A stretch of 64,000 nucleotides of DNA from Octopus sinensis (GCF_006345805.1 NC_043003.1:48112001-48176000); one strand, 5' to 3'. Shown: positions 29,539-40,604, numbered from the stretch's first letter. Notes: generated by a model from the letters alone, not told the origin. Program-made: numbers and translations.

Positions 29539-32500
29539 GCAATAATCCATTGTACTTACAGTTTATTGATAGTTTCTCTTGCTTCTGTATTTTTGGCAAT
29601 AATGTCAGCAATTATGTACTTTACACCAGTCTTCACTTCTTCTATGGAGGAATACTCTTTAAAACATAACAGAGGTGAGTATCTTATTAGATATACAGAT
29701 TTAAAGCAAATATAGTGACTGTCACAACAGCTACTGCTATTCACTAGCAATCATGACTCCTTTCATAGTTATTCAACCAACATCCTGCAGGTATCTTTTT
29801 AAAAAGGTAGATGCATGTAATAATTGTTTTTAACTTGGGGACAAGGCCAGCAATTTATTTTCTTTTTTTATGTTTTATGGGAGTGGGAATAATCAATTGT
29901 GTTAACACTTGAACATGACTTCACTTTTATTTTATTGAACCTGAAAGAATGAAAGGCAAAGGAAACCTTGCCAGGATTTGAACTCAGAATGTAAAGAATC
30001 TAAAAATTAATGTCACAAGGCATTTTTTTTCTGATGCTGTAACAATTCTGCCATTTAACATCATCATCCTCATCATAACCATCATCACCACCACCACCCA
30101 CCACTGAAAGAAGCTCATCATATATGTGCAATATATATTGCCAGTACCGCCTGACTGGTCCTCATGCCAGTGGCACGTAAAAGCACCCACTACACTCTCG
30201 GAGTGGTTGCTGTTAGGAAGGGCATTTAGCTGTAGAAACTCTGCCAGATCAGACTGGAGCCTGGTGCAGCCATCTGGTTCGCCAGTCCTTAGTCAAATCG
30301 TCCAACCCATGCTAGCATGGAAAGCGGATGTTAAATGATGATGATGATGTATATATGGAGCGGAGTATGTGTGTGTGCGTACCCTTCTCTTGACATAATG
30401 TGGAGCATCAGTATCATAGAAGCAATGTTGAACATTGTTCATTTCCAATCTTCCATGAAAAACATGTCTGGTCATAGAGAAATATTACCTTGCTTGAAAA
30501 TCCCTTGAGGCTTGGCAACAGGAAAGATATCCAGCTATAGAAAATCTGCATCGACAAATTTCAAGCATGAAAAAGAGGACAATAAATAATGATGATAGTG
30601 GTGATGATGATGATGATGTGTCCATGCACACATGGGATGGACAAGTCTGCAACACAAGAAATAATCATTCGTCTCAACCTTAAATTCTTTTGGCTGCAAA
30701 ATTCCAAATCTGAATAACTGACTTCACCATTTCTTCATTAACTCTTTAGCATTTAGATTACTCAGTCAAATATAATGCTTATTTATTCCCATTTTTAAAA
30801 AAATAGGCGTAGGAGTGGCTGTGTGGTAAGTAGCTTGCTTACCAACCACATGGTTCCAGGTTCAATCCCACTGCGTGGCACCTTGGGCAAGTGTCTTCAA
30901 CTATAGCCTCGGGCCAACCAAAGCCTTGTGAGTGGATTTGGTAGATGGAAACTGAAAGAAGCCCATCGTATATATATATATATGTATGTTTGTGTGTCTG
31001 TGTTTGTCCCCCCAACATCACCTGACAACCGATGCTGGAGTGTTTACGTCCCTGTAACTTAGCGGTTCAGCAAAAGAGACTGATAGAATAAGCACTAGGC
31101 TTACAAAGATTAAGTCCTGGGGTCGATTTGCTTGACTAAAGTTGGTGCTCCAGCATGGCCACAGTCAAATGACTGAAACAAGTAAAAGTGTAAAAGTGTA
31201 AGTGCATGCATTATCTTTTAGCTTTGAGATTTCAATGATGTGATTGCTTATATTTAGAATGACATTGTAGGATAGGTGTGAGAGGTCAAATCTGACTGGT
31301 TTAAACCATAAATCAGGTAGGATATTTTCACTGGATATGGCTGGTGTAAAGGCTATGGAGTCAATCTTTCTCTTTGATAACAGCATCATTAGATCATCAG
31401 ACAAAATGCCTGTGGTGTTTAGTTATTGCCCTTTGCACCCTGAGCTCAAATCCTACCCATGTCAACTTTGCTTTTCATCTATCCAGGGCGAATGAAATTA
31501 GGTACCATCAATTAATACTCCTTTACAGCATCCAATATTTACACGTGAATTTTTTTCATCATCCAGTCCCTCGAAATTGTCTTATCTTTTACTTGCCTCA
31601 GTCACTGGAATACAGCTATGCCAGGACATAGCTTTGAAGGGTTTAGGCAAACAAATCAACCTCAATACTTACTTTTTAAAGTCTGGAATTTATTCTATCA
31701 GTTTCTTATGCTGAACTGCTAAGTTATGGGAAGTTATCAAGCAATTGGGAGGATATACATAAACACAAAAATACAACACACACACCTGTGCACACACGCG
31801 CATACACACACACACACACACAGAGTTTTCGTCTACCAAATTTACTCACAAGGTAATGATCAGCTGAAGGCTATAATAGAAGACTGCCTAAAGTGCCATG
31901 CAGGGGGACTGAACCCAAAACCATGTGACTGCAAAGGAAACTTCTGAACCACACAGCCATGTAAAATGCATTATGAAAACAACAAATAAGGTAAATCCAA
32001 CTTACTTGAAGGCGGTGGTTGTATAAGTGTTGCAAAGTTCACCCTCCAGCCATTATAGAGAATATTTTCAGCAGTAATTTCAAGCCCAGCTTCCCGTGCT
32101 TGTTCAGCCAAACTTCTCTGGCTTCCAGGTTTAAAAGGAGCATACTAAAATGAAGAAATAAACCAGACAAGCGTGACTCTGTTACTTAAGAAGTTTGTTT
32201 AGCAACAACACTGTTTTCTGGAGAAGGAAACTCGGAAGAGAGAAAGTACAGAAACCCCTCACGAATGTATGTTTATATATGTATGTCTTACCTTTTACTT
32301 GTTTCAGTTATTAGACTGTCGACTTTCTCTTTTTCTCTTTTACTTGTTTCAGTCAGTTGACTGCGACCATGCTGGAGCACCGCCTTTAGTCGAGCAAATC
32401 GACCCCGGGACTTATTCTTTGTAAGCCCAGTACTTATTCTATCGGTCTCTTTTGCCGAACCGCTAAGTGACGGGGATGTAAACACACCAGCATCGGTTGT

Positions 32501-35500
32501 CAAGCAATGTTAGGGGGACAAACACAAACACACACACATACATATACATATATATACATATATACGACAGGCTTCTTTCAGTTTCCGCCTACCAAATCCA
32601 CTCACAAGGCATTGGTCGGCCCGGGGCTATAGCAGAAGGCACTTACCAAAGATGCCACGCAGTGGGACTGAACCCGGAACCATGTAGTTGGTTAGCAAGC
32701 TACTTACCACACAGCCACTCCTGCGCCTTGAAGAAATTTTAGTCAAATGTAGTGGTGGAAGCACTCCGTCGGTTACGACGATGAGGGTTCCAGTTGATCC
32801 GAATCAACGGAACAGCCTGCTCGTGAAATTAACGTGTAAGTGGCTGAGCACTCCACAGACACGTGCACCCTTAACGTAGTTCTCGGGGATATTCAGCGTG
32901 ACACAGAGAGTGACAAGGCCGGCCCCTTGAAATACAGGTACAACAGAAACAGGAAGTAAGAGTGAGAGAAAGTTGTGGTGAAAGAGTACAGCAGGGATCA
33001 CCACCATCCCCTGCCGGAGCCTCGTGGAGCTTTTAGGTGTTTTCGCTCAATAAACACTCACAACGCTCGGTCTGGGAATCAAAACCGTGATCCTATGACC
33101 GCGAGTCCGCCGCCCTAACCACTGGACCATTGCACCTCCACAGTCAAATGTATCAACCCCAGAGCTTACTTTTTATAAGCCTAGTACTTATTCTATTAGT
33201 CTCTTTTGCCAAACCTCTAAGTTATGAAGATGTAAACACATCAGCACTAGTTGCTAAGCAGTGGTGGGGCACAAACAGAAAGACATACACACATGTATAT
33301 ATATATATATATCATGAAGTATATTTGCCACTTAAATGTGGCTAACCCTTAAGGGTGGATGCTACTATAGCTTGTAGCCCCAGGAAGACATCTCCTCTGG
33401 CTGGCTATTGACACAGGGCACCGAAAGTGTGTCAATAGCCAGCTGGAGGAAATGTCTTCCTGGGGCTACAAGCTACAGTAGGCTCCACCCTTAAGGGTGA
33501 GCAACATTTAAGTGGTAAATATATTTCACGATGTCGTGCAGCTACTGTTTATACCTCGCTCAGAGATTTATTACATATATATATATATATAGATTGTTAG
33601 CCACTACACACAGTTTTTTCTCTCCTTGTTTTTTCTGTGTCCCTTTCTGTAGAAGAGCGTAGGCTCGAAACGTAAAAGACTTTTTCTATTCCTGAGCGTT
33701 ATACTAATACATCTGTTTGTTTTGTACACCACCTGTCTTCGTTTTTTGTTTTTTTAGTAAACTCTCCCTATACACACACACATACATACAAGGAGCCTCT
33801 TTCAGTTTCCATCAACCAAATCTATTCACAAGGCTTTGGTCAGCCTGAGGTTATAGTAGAAGACACTTGTCCAAGATGCCATGCAGTGGGACCAAACTCA
33901 GAACCATGTGGTTGGGAAATAAGCTTCTTACCATGTAGCCATGCCTGTATGTATATCATTGACACATATATACATCAGTGAGAAGTTTGCTTCCCAACCA
34001 CATGGTTTCTTCCACTCTGCCAGAAAATAAGCATATGCCATATATGATGCTAAAGTCCATAGCATTAAAATGTATTGGTAAGATTTTGACAGTTATTAAG
34101 AGCTAACATTTTTTCCTCTATTCACTGGGCTATCTTTATATGTATAGACGTAGTTCCAAATTGATCCAATACAATTTTTGTCCATATATGACAAACAGCC
34201 AAAATGACTCCACAGCTTGAATCGTCATTGTTGCCATTTAACGTCCGCTTTCCATGCTAGCATGGGTTGGACGATTTGACTGAGGACTGGTGAACCAGAT
34301 GGCTGCACCAGGCTCCAATCTTGATTTGGCAGCCCTTCCTAACACCAACATATAAAAAAAATCACATGATTGTTAAAATTAAAAATACTTATATTATGCA
34401 TTTTTGTAAAAACAGTATAAATATTATAAAGCCAGTCACCTACAAATTTGTTAAACTATCCAATATAAATGTATTCAAATTAACCAATGGCAACCACACA
34501 ATTTTTTTTTTTTTTTATGCTTTAGTCAGTGACGAAATGTAGCAACCATTACCTTTGAAGGATTCCAACACTGATGGGAAGAAACAGAGGAAGTTATAGG
34601 CAATTGCTACCATCGGAAGCAGCACATCATGTGGCAGTGTTAAGCCAAGAGACAGATTGGGTCTAAACATCTCACCAGTAATGTGTACAGTTTAATAAGC
34701 TTCTACACAGTTTTATATCTTCCCGTTTCTACACATAAGGCTCAAGTCATGTCAAAGCTTTGGTAGAAGATACTTACCTAAGGTACTATGCAATGGAATC
34801 ACACAAAGAAAACTTTTTAAGCACATAACCATTCCTGTGCCCATAAACGCAAAAAGCCACACAAGTTTATTGACTGACAATCACATTTATTCTTCAAAAT
34901 ATTGAACATGAAACTCAAGAAGCTAACTGTATATTTCGTAACAATCAGAAATGTCAATTCCATTTGCAGTTATAGCAATTATCTTTAACATGGCAAGTCA
35001 AGTTTAATATCCTTTCTACTATAGGCCCAGGAGTGGCTGTGTGGTAAGTAGCTTGTTTACCAACCAAATGGTTCCGGGTTCAGTCCCACTGCGTGGCACC
35101 TTGGGCAAGTGTCTTCTACTATAGCCTCAGGCCGACCAAAGCCTTGTGAGTGGATTTGGTAGACGGACACTGAAAGGAAGCCCGTCGTATATATGTGTAT
35201 ATATATATGCGTGTGTGTGTTTTTGTGTCTGTGTTTGTCCATCTAGCATTGCTTGACAACCGATGCTGGTGTGTTTATGTCCCCGTTACTTAGCGGTTCG
35301 GCAAAAGAGACCGATAGAATAAGTACTGGGCTTACAAAAATAATAAGTCCCAGGGTCGAGTTGCTTGATTAAAGGTGGTGCTCCAGCATGGCCACAGTCA
35401 AATGACTGAAACAAGTAAAAGAGTAAGTGTATAGGCACAAGGCCTGAAATTTGGGGAGTAGGGACTAGTCAATTACATCGATCCCAGTACTTGACACTGG

Positions 35501-38500
35501 TACTTATTTTACCAACCCCAAAAGGATAAAAGGCAAAGTGGACCTTGGCAGAGTTTGAACCCAGAGAGTAAAAATGAATGAAATGCTGCTAAGCATTGTG
35601 CCTGGCATGCTAACAGCTCTGCCAGCTCACCACCTTTAAGTCAAGTTTAATATTAATTTCATATTTATTTTCACTATAGTTTGTAGATTTTTGGCCTAAA
35701 ATGAAAATAATCAGGAGCTACCTAAAAAAAATGTAACTCAAAAAACACCAAGCAAGACCCAAATTTCAAACTAGATTTTCAAACTCATCGAGTTTTTTAA
35801 AAATTGTTAATAGATAATACTCTTCTATATTTTTGAGATGAGGAATTATGTACATTATTTACAATGGACAGATAGGTGTCCTTGCCTTGTTTATTCTTAC
35901 CACATTTTGGCTGATGTACTCTCCAGCCTTCATCAGGTGCTCTGGTGGAATTTTGAACCCACCCTTTATTTGACTAATGGGGTACTCTGCTCTCATTCTT
36001 TATTGGTATTTTTTTTCTTTTTTGCTGATGTTATTCTTTCTGTTGATATTACTTCCCAAGTCCCTGCCTGGGATAGAACTCAGAATCTGAGGGTTAGTAG
36101 CCTACGCTCTTATCCACTATGCTATATGCCCATGGGCAGTTATAGAGTGAATTTTTATAGCCAATCATGTATGGTAAAACAGAGGCCACCTCCTCAGTGG
36201 AATGAAGTTAAAATAATAGACAGAGAACACCACTGGAAAATATGAAAATTAAAAGAGGCAGCACATATGCTAGGACAGAATAACCTCCTAAGCAGACCTA
36301 GTGCAGATATGAATGTAATATCATCATCATCATCGTTTAACATCCGCTTTCCATGCTAGCATGGGTTGGACGATTTTGACTGAAGGATTTTGACTGAACC
36401 AGATGGCTGCACCAGGCTCCAATCTTGATCTGGCAGAGTTTCTACAGCTGGATGCCCTTCCTAACGCCAACCACTCTGAGAGTGTAGTGGGTGTTTTTTA
36501 CATGCCACCAGCACGGGGGCCAGTCAGGCGGTACTGGCAACGACCTCGCTCGAATCTTTTTACACATGCCACGTCACAGGTGCCAGTAAGGCAATGCTGG
36601 TAATGATCACGCTTGAATGGTGCCTTTTACGTGCCACCGGCACGAAAGCCAGTTAGCCGCTCTGGCAACAATCACGCTAGGATGGTGCTCTTAGCACCCA
36701 ACTCGCACGGGCACAAGTGTCAGTAAGGTGACGCTGGTAATGATCACACTTGAATGGTGCCTTTCATGTGCCACTGGCACAGAAGCTGGTTAGCCGCTCT
36801 GTCAACGATCACACTCGTATGGTGCTCCTTGCACCCCGCTAGCATGGATGTCAAACATCGAATTTGATGTGAACCGGTATTAAGAAAAGATAAAATATTC
36901 AGTTTATAAACCCAAAAATTCACTCTATAATTGTCCACAGGTATATAGCATAGTGGATACAAGCTAAGTTCAATCCCAGGAAGGGACTTGAGAAATAATA
37001 CCAACAGAAAAAATAGCATCAGCAAAAAAAAAAGGAATACCTTAGGAATGAGAACAGAGTACCCCATTAGTAAAATAAAGGGTTGGGTTTGAAATTCCAC
37101 CAGAACACCTGATGAAGGCTGGAGAGTACATCAGATGAAATGTTGTGGTAACAACAAACAAGGTGAGGACACTTATCTGTCCATTGTAAATAATAGTTAA
37201 TGGAAGTTTTGATATTCTTCAGTCTGATCTGGTACATATTGTACTATTCAAATTATTGTGTGGGGAGTCTAGTGTGGTAGCCAAGGTATGTTGTATCTAT
37301 TTAACTGCAATATGTGCCTGACTAGATCGAAGTATATCAATAACACCAGATCTGGAGATTACTTTCTGGTAGAACATTTCAAAACTGCACAATAATAAAA
37401 CCTCAATACAGTTACTTCACAGATGTAAACAGTAAAAATACCTCCAAATAGCTACCTAATAAAACTGTCTAATAAGGGTACTTATTAAAAATTGAAGAAA
37501 AGTGCTATATTGAATTCTAACAATTAATGTGCCCACTCTACCATTAATTTACAAAGCTGAAATATATTTAGAGGCACATGACTGCAAGATTAAAAGAACA
37601 GGACAATTTATCATTGTCATTAAGTTCAGGCACTGTGTTATTCATTTACACAAGGGACACAACTCTATAAGCTCCAATCTTGTTTTAGTAAAGGCAAAAG
37701 CCACAGGGAGAGAATCCAAACATTGAATTTCAGAGCTTCTACCTGGTTACCCAATCTTTTGGAAAAAGCAGCCAGATTTCCCTAAAATCCCACCTGGCTC
37801 TCTTTAAAAATGGTAAAAGACATTGGATAATGTAGCCTTAGATATGTTACATGTCTTATTTTAATAAAGACTTAAATCATTGACTTGGTGAAAACAAATA
37901 AACCAGTCTAGCCAAAACAGCAATACAACAAAAGAAAATTAATTGATTAATTAAATAAATTTATTAATTTTAAAATACTTACCAAGATTTCAACTTCATG
38001 CATTGTTTTCGCAGATAGCAAGGATTTCTCTAGAAACTTTGACATTTTACCAAGTTTATCAATCGAGTTGTGAACAGATTGTATTTTCTTCTCAACAGAT
38101 CTGGTCAATAATAACATAATTTTAGACTTTAGGGGTCATATTCAATGGTGTGCAGATAGCAGAATCAGTAAAGAGTCAAGCAAAATAGCATTATTTTCTC
38201 TACATTATTTTACATTCTGAGTTCAAATCCTGCTCACAGTCACTTTGCTTTTCATTCTTCTGAAGTTAATAAATAAGTACTGGAATCAATGTAAATGACT
38301 ACACTTTAGAAAGTAGTGCACTAGCACAACCACAGTCCATTTACTGAAATCAGTAAAAGAGTAAAAGAATTCCCTTCATGTGATCAAGTGTCACAGCAGA
38401 GTAATAGGACATGGGTGTATCCATGAAAGGGTTAATGCTTCCAGTAGTAAAGTCACTTAATGTTCAATGACTCAGGTGCTAGACGCTTAGAAATAAATAT

Positions 38501-40604
38501 TGGGTTGTCCAGAAAGTTCGTGCTGATTTATAGTAGCTTACCTTTCGACTTATTTTAGAACATGGTTGAGTCCATAAAATAGGATTTAATTACACCTCAA
38601 TTTAGAGCATAGTTTAAGCTATTTTATGTTCCTATAACCTGAGTTAATTCTGTAACCCTTTAAAATGGAAGATAAGAAAGTTCATTTTCGGCACTTGATG
38701 CTTTAGGAACCAGATAAAAATTGCTGCAGCTCGGCTGGGATGTGTTACCATACCCTCCATATTCACCAGATTTTGCTCCTTCGGATTTCCACTTATTCAG
38801 GTCTCTGCAGAATAGTCTTAATGGTAAAAATTTCAACTCCTTGGCTGACATAAAAAGATACCTTCATGAATTTTTTGCCATGAAACCACCTCAATTCTGG
38901 GAAGGGGATATTTTCAAGTTAAAGGAAATATGGAGACACATTGTGCAACAAAATGGTTCATATTTGGTTGATTAAAAATGTAATGGTAAATATTTATTGA
39001 CCCTTTTCTTTCCTTTAAAAATCGGCACGAAGTTTCCAGACAACCCAATAGATAACATGAGAAGATGCTGTTTATAGTTTATTGCAGGGGGTGGAGACAT
39101 CTAATAGATACCCAGCACTCAAGTTTTGAAATAGCCAATGAAGGAGCTTCATTGATTTCCAAACTGGGCAGTACTGCTCCTCTGGCAGTGGTAGAAAGAT
39201 GGTGCGGGGGAGGCCTTCAAGGAAAGTTGGGCAATAATGTTTTTACATCCATCACCAAAATGGATGTAAAAGCAAACAAAATAATGGGTCCATTAGGCTC
39301 AGCTTTATTTGTGAAATACAGTTGCTTTGAATTTGCTGCAGAAAGTGGTCTATGTTTGTGGTGGTGATGAGCAGGGTCTGCTAGGAATGGGGCTCATGTG
39401 CTAAAGGGGTGGAAGCCTGAAAAAGTTTTAGAATCACTGATCTACATAGTTGCTTCCATCGAGCTCTAATTGTGGAAGGAACATATGGAAGGGTTAGACC
39501 CAGGAAGATGTGGGAAAAAGTAGTGAGAAAGGATCTTCAGATGTTGGGTCTCACAAAAGGGATGACAAGGGACCAAGACATCTGGCGTTTTGCTGTGCCT
39601 GAAAAGACATGTCAAGCTAAGTAAAAGCGTGGCCATTCTTGTATACAGGCATGTCCCCTGCATCCCTCTACGACGATGCAACTACGACGACAAAAAATAC
39701 CTAAGGACATCAGGCTGTAGAAATTCTATCAAAACATGTAAGCTTTGATACATTCTGTAGTTGTTGTTTAGCCCAAAGTTAACCCTGATTGAGCAAACTT
39801 ACAATCAAAAGTATTTACAGTCATGATCACCTTGTAACAACAACAACAACAACAGCAGCAGCAGCAGCAGCCGCCGCCGCCGCCGCCACCATCACCACCA
39901 CCACCACCACCATCATTGTTCAATGTCCACCTTCCATGCTCGCATGAGTTGCATGGTTTGACAAGAGTCAGCCAGGCAGAAGCCTGCACCAGACTTCTGT
40001 GTCTGTGTCTATTTTGGCAGGGTTTTTACAACTGGATGCCCTTCCTAACAGCAACCACCCAGCAGCGTGGACTGAGTGTTTTTTTATGCGGCACAACACC
40101 TGGGAGGTATTTAAAACTGCATTAACTTAATGTGGCTGTCCCTTTTTTAAGATTATGAGGTGTGATTTAGCTGGTATTTCTACAAGTTTCAAGACAGAAT
40201 AGGACTTCTTTCATTAGCTCATGATATACTATCTGAAAGAAAAAAATGACAATGGTTACATTTGGAACACCTTTGATCATAGGTTTGTTAGATCAAGGTT
40301 GTCTTGGGGTTAAACCACATCTCTACATGAACAGTTGTAGAACTAGTAATAGTAAAATCAAGAACTGAAATAACAAGCAGTGAAGACAAATAAAAGACTG
40401 GATTTTTACCTCATTTCTGTAAGGGTCTCTAGTATAGAGCGGAGTTTGTCAGGTTCCATTGCATTAGTTTGTTCTTTGCGATATCTTGCAATGAATGGAA
40501 TGGTATTTTCATCATCCAACAGTCTGACAACATTTCTGGAAATATTCAAAGGCACCTGATGTTGTTCAGCAATAACCTCAACTACATCCCATGTAACATT
40601 CATA
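4061..40604 (-). CDS. SRBD1: S1 RNA-binding domain-containing protein 1 (Tex/YqgF-HhH family), spliced, 14 coding exons traced, 3' end probably outside window
   Basis: Manually spliced exons give one continuous frame with Tex/SRBD1 hallmarks: [130 protein letters not shown]. All introns are GT-AG and the phases match. Family assignment is from recalled sequence, not a database search. Confidence 0.96.
4299..4620 (-). mobile_element. mariner 3' remnant
   Basis: TA-TGAGGGGG TIR-like end; the minus strand encodes ...[11 protein letters not shown], a mariner C-terminus. Confidence 0.55.
6165..6502 (-). mobile_element. tRNA-head SINE (family D)
   Basis: Minus-strand head ggcatgtggctcagtggttagagcg...gttcgaatccc (A/B boxes) followed by cttgagcaagacactt; related copies near 22255, 25230 and 32730. 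Confidence 0.8.
6956..7146. mobile_element. piggyBac-type MITE
   Basis: Termini (tt.a)cc.tttagcatt ... aatgctaaggggTTAA; a related copy at about 30738-31350 is interrupted by a SINE. Confidence 0.5.
7858..8034 (-). CDS. SRBD1: SRBD1 coding exon, HhH region ([18 protein letters not shown]...CAGFIRINP...), 177 nt
   Basis: ttccag| acceptor, AG|gtctgt donor (weak); helix-hairpin-helix KGIGEKT. Confidence 0.93.
8150..8330 (+). mobile_element. Penelope-like terminal fragment with decayed hammerhead motif (family 1)
   Basis: Near-copy of 33590-33772; ctgtagaagagcgtaggctcAaaaTgt shows CpG decay of the GAAACGT core. Confidence 0.55.
9628..10651 (+). mobile_element. mariner element, 26-bp perfect TIRs, TA-flanked, defective transposase with C-terminal deletion
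   Basis: TIR tatcaggtcatcccataagttctgtc at 9628-9653 and 10626-10651; [30 protein letters not shown] motifs; stops and frameshifts; no YSPDLAP. Confidence 0.93.
11324..12535. repeat. Inverted-repeat-bounded element with C-rich 30-35-bp minisatellite
   Basis: About 110-bp IR (ttgaggcgggtaatatagggga... / ...tcccctatattacccgcctcaa); direct duplicate blocks at about 11470-11555 and 11800-11895; about 8 units of ccccacccccaccaccaataccgatgaacacg at 11900-12210. Confidence 0.7.
13783..13889 (-). CDS. SRBD1: SRBD1 coding exon (HDVADNKLK...[18 protein letters not shown]), 107 nt
   Basis: ctatag| acceptor, AG|gtgagt donor. Confidence 0.96.
14660..15618 (-). mobile_element. Tc1-like transposon remnant
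   Basis: Tc1-type end tacacagacatgacagaagtaaatagacacccc; HTH region, WxxVIFSDxS-like ([10 protein letters not shown]) and [11 protein letters not shown] motifs; truncated at the left. Confidence 0.85.
15873..15955 (-). CDS. SRBD1: SRBD1 coding exon ([27 protein letters not shown]), 83 nt
   Basis: ctttag| acceptor, CAG|gtgagt donor; most conserved Tex motif. Confidence 0.97.
16982..17500 (-). mobile_element. RTE-tailed SINE (family C) with (GAT)n tail and internal tandem repeats
   Basis: catcatcat-gtttaac..ccgctttccatgctagcatgggttggacg...ggatgcccttcctaacgccaaccactc. Many other copies, e.g. 10860, 27527, 30140, 36320, 41300, 43860, 45620, 46660. Confidence 0.85.
17775..17866 (-). CDS. SRBD1: SRBD1 coding exon ([11 protein letters not shown]...DQNIRGA), 92 nt
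   Basis: cttcag| acceptor, G|gtaagt donor. Confidence 0.95.
18750..18857 (-). CDS. SRBD1: SRBD1 coding exon ([16 protein letters not shown]...KIQY), 108 nt
   Basis: tttcag| acceptor, TG|gtacaa donor; [11 protein letters not shown] motif. Confidence 0.95.
20955..21051 (-). CDS. SRBD1: SRBD1 coding exon ([11 protein letters not shown]...DIISTN), 97 nt
   Basis: ttgtag| acceptor, AG|gtaaca donor, phase 1 to 2. Confidence 0.9.
22616..22773 (-). CDS. SRBD1: SRBD1 coding exon ([11 protein letters not shown]...[19 protein letters not shown]), 158 nt
   Basis: tttcag| acceptor, G|gtgagc donor; start of the YqgF/RNase H-like domain. Confidence 0.95.
24200..24560. repeat. Degenerate (CA)/(TACA)-rich microsatellite tract
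   Basis: Low-complexity CA/TA repeats; one of many (TA)n, (CAT)n, (AAT)n and (CA)n tracts in the window. Confidence 0.9.
26203..26408 (-). CDS. SRBD1: SRBD1 coding exon ([13 protein letters not shown]...[16 protein letters not shown]), 206 nt
   Basis: ctgcag| acceptor, AG|gtaaga donor; LAINRGE motif. Confidence 0.95.
26838..28420 (-). mobile_element. mariner element (degenerate) interrupted by a family C SINE at about 27527-27875
   Basis: Imperfect TIRs (gggttggctgaaaacttcata / tatgaacttctcagcccacc); [18 protein letters not shown] and [17 protein letters not shown] motifs. Confidence 0.85.
28542..28716 (-). CDS. SRBD1: SRBD1 coding exon ([14 protein letters not shown]...[19 protein letters not shown]), 175 nt
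   Basis: ttttttaaag| acceptor, CAG|gtaagt donor, phase 2 to 0; KF.NYFDF...IKPHQ motif. Confidence 0.9.
29560..29656 (-). CDS. SRBD1: SRBD1 coding exon ([22 protein letters not shown]...), 97 nt
   Basis: ttttaaag| acceptor, |gtaagt donor, phase 1 to 2. Confidence 0.92.
30806..31200 (+). mobile_element. tRNA-head SINE family A, full length
   Basis: ggcgtaggagtggctgtgtggtaag...ggttcaatccc head, internal (TA)/(TG) tract, agtaaaag tail. Confidence 0.9.
32006..32144 (-). CDS. SRBD1: SRBD1 coding exon ([22 protein letters not shown]...), 139 nt
   Basis: ttttag| acceptor, |gtaagt donor, phase 0 to 1; Tex YxPFK...AREAGLE motif. Confidence 0.94.
32283..32727 (-). mobile_element. tRNA-head SINE family A, full length, well preserved
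   Basis: Reverse complement of the 30806 and 35024 copies; many CpGs retained. Confidence 0.9.
33312..33531. repeat. Palindromic hairpin MITE (about 100-bp arms, about 12-nt loop)
   Basis: tcatgaagtatatttgccacttaaatgt...gacaca / tgtgtc...acatttaagtggtaaatatatttcacga. Confidence 0.85.
33590..33772 (+). mobile_element. Penelope-like terminal fragment with minimal hammerhead motif (family 1)
   Basis: cttt-CTGTAGA-A-GAGC gtag GCTC-GAAACGTA-aaag at 33643-33678; abuts a (TA/CA)n tract. Confidence 0.6.
35024..35430 (+). mobile_element. tRNA-head SINE family A, full length
   Basis: Same consensus as the 30806 copy. Confidence 0.9.
35840..37197. mobile_element. Inverted pair of Penelope-like ends (35840-36160 minus; 36900-37197 plus) with a family C SINE between them
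   Basis: Mutually reverse-complementary blocks of about 300 bp, each containing cacCTGATGAAGGCTGgagagtacatCAG. Confidence 0.65.
37983..38100 (-). CDS. SRBD1: SRBD1 coding exon ([10 protein letters not shown]...HEVEIL), 118 nt
   Basis: ccag|A acceptor, TTG|gtaagt donor, phase 2 to 0. Confidence 0.92.
38498..39050 (+). mobile_element. Internally deleted mariner (553 bp)
   Basis: 32-bp TIRs (tattgggttgtc...) with 4 mismatches; N-terminal [13 protein letters not shown] joined to C-terminal [26 protein letters not shown]...NGSYLVD. Confidence 0.9.
40410..40604 (-). CDS. SRBD1: SRBD1 coding exon (MNVTWDVV...ETLTEMR); 5' boundary uncertain
   Basis: Donor AG|gtaaaa at 40409. Candidate acceptor tttcag|TATG at 40605, with other AGs upstream in the same open frame. 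Contains [14 protein letters not shown]. Confidence 0.9.
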
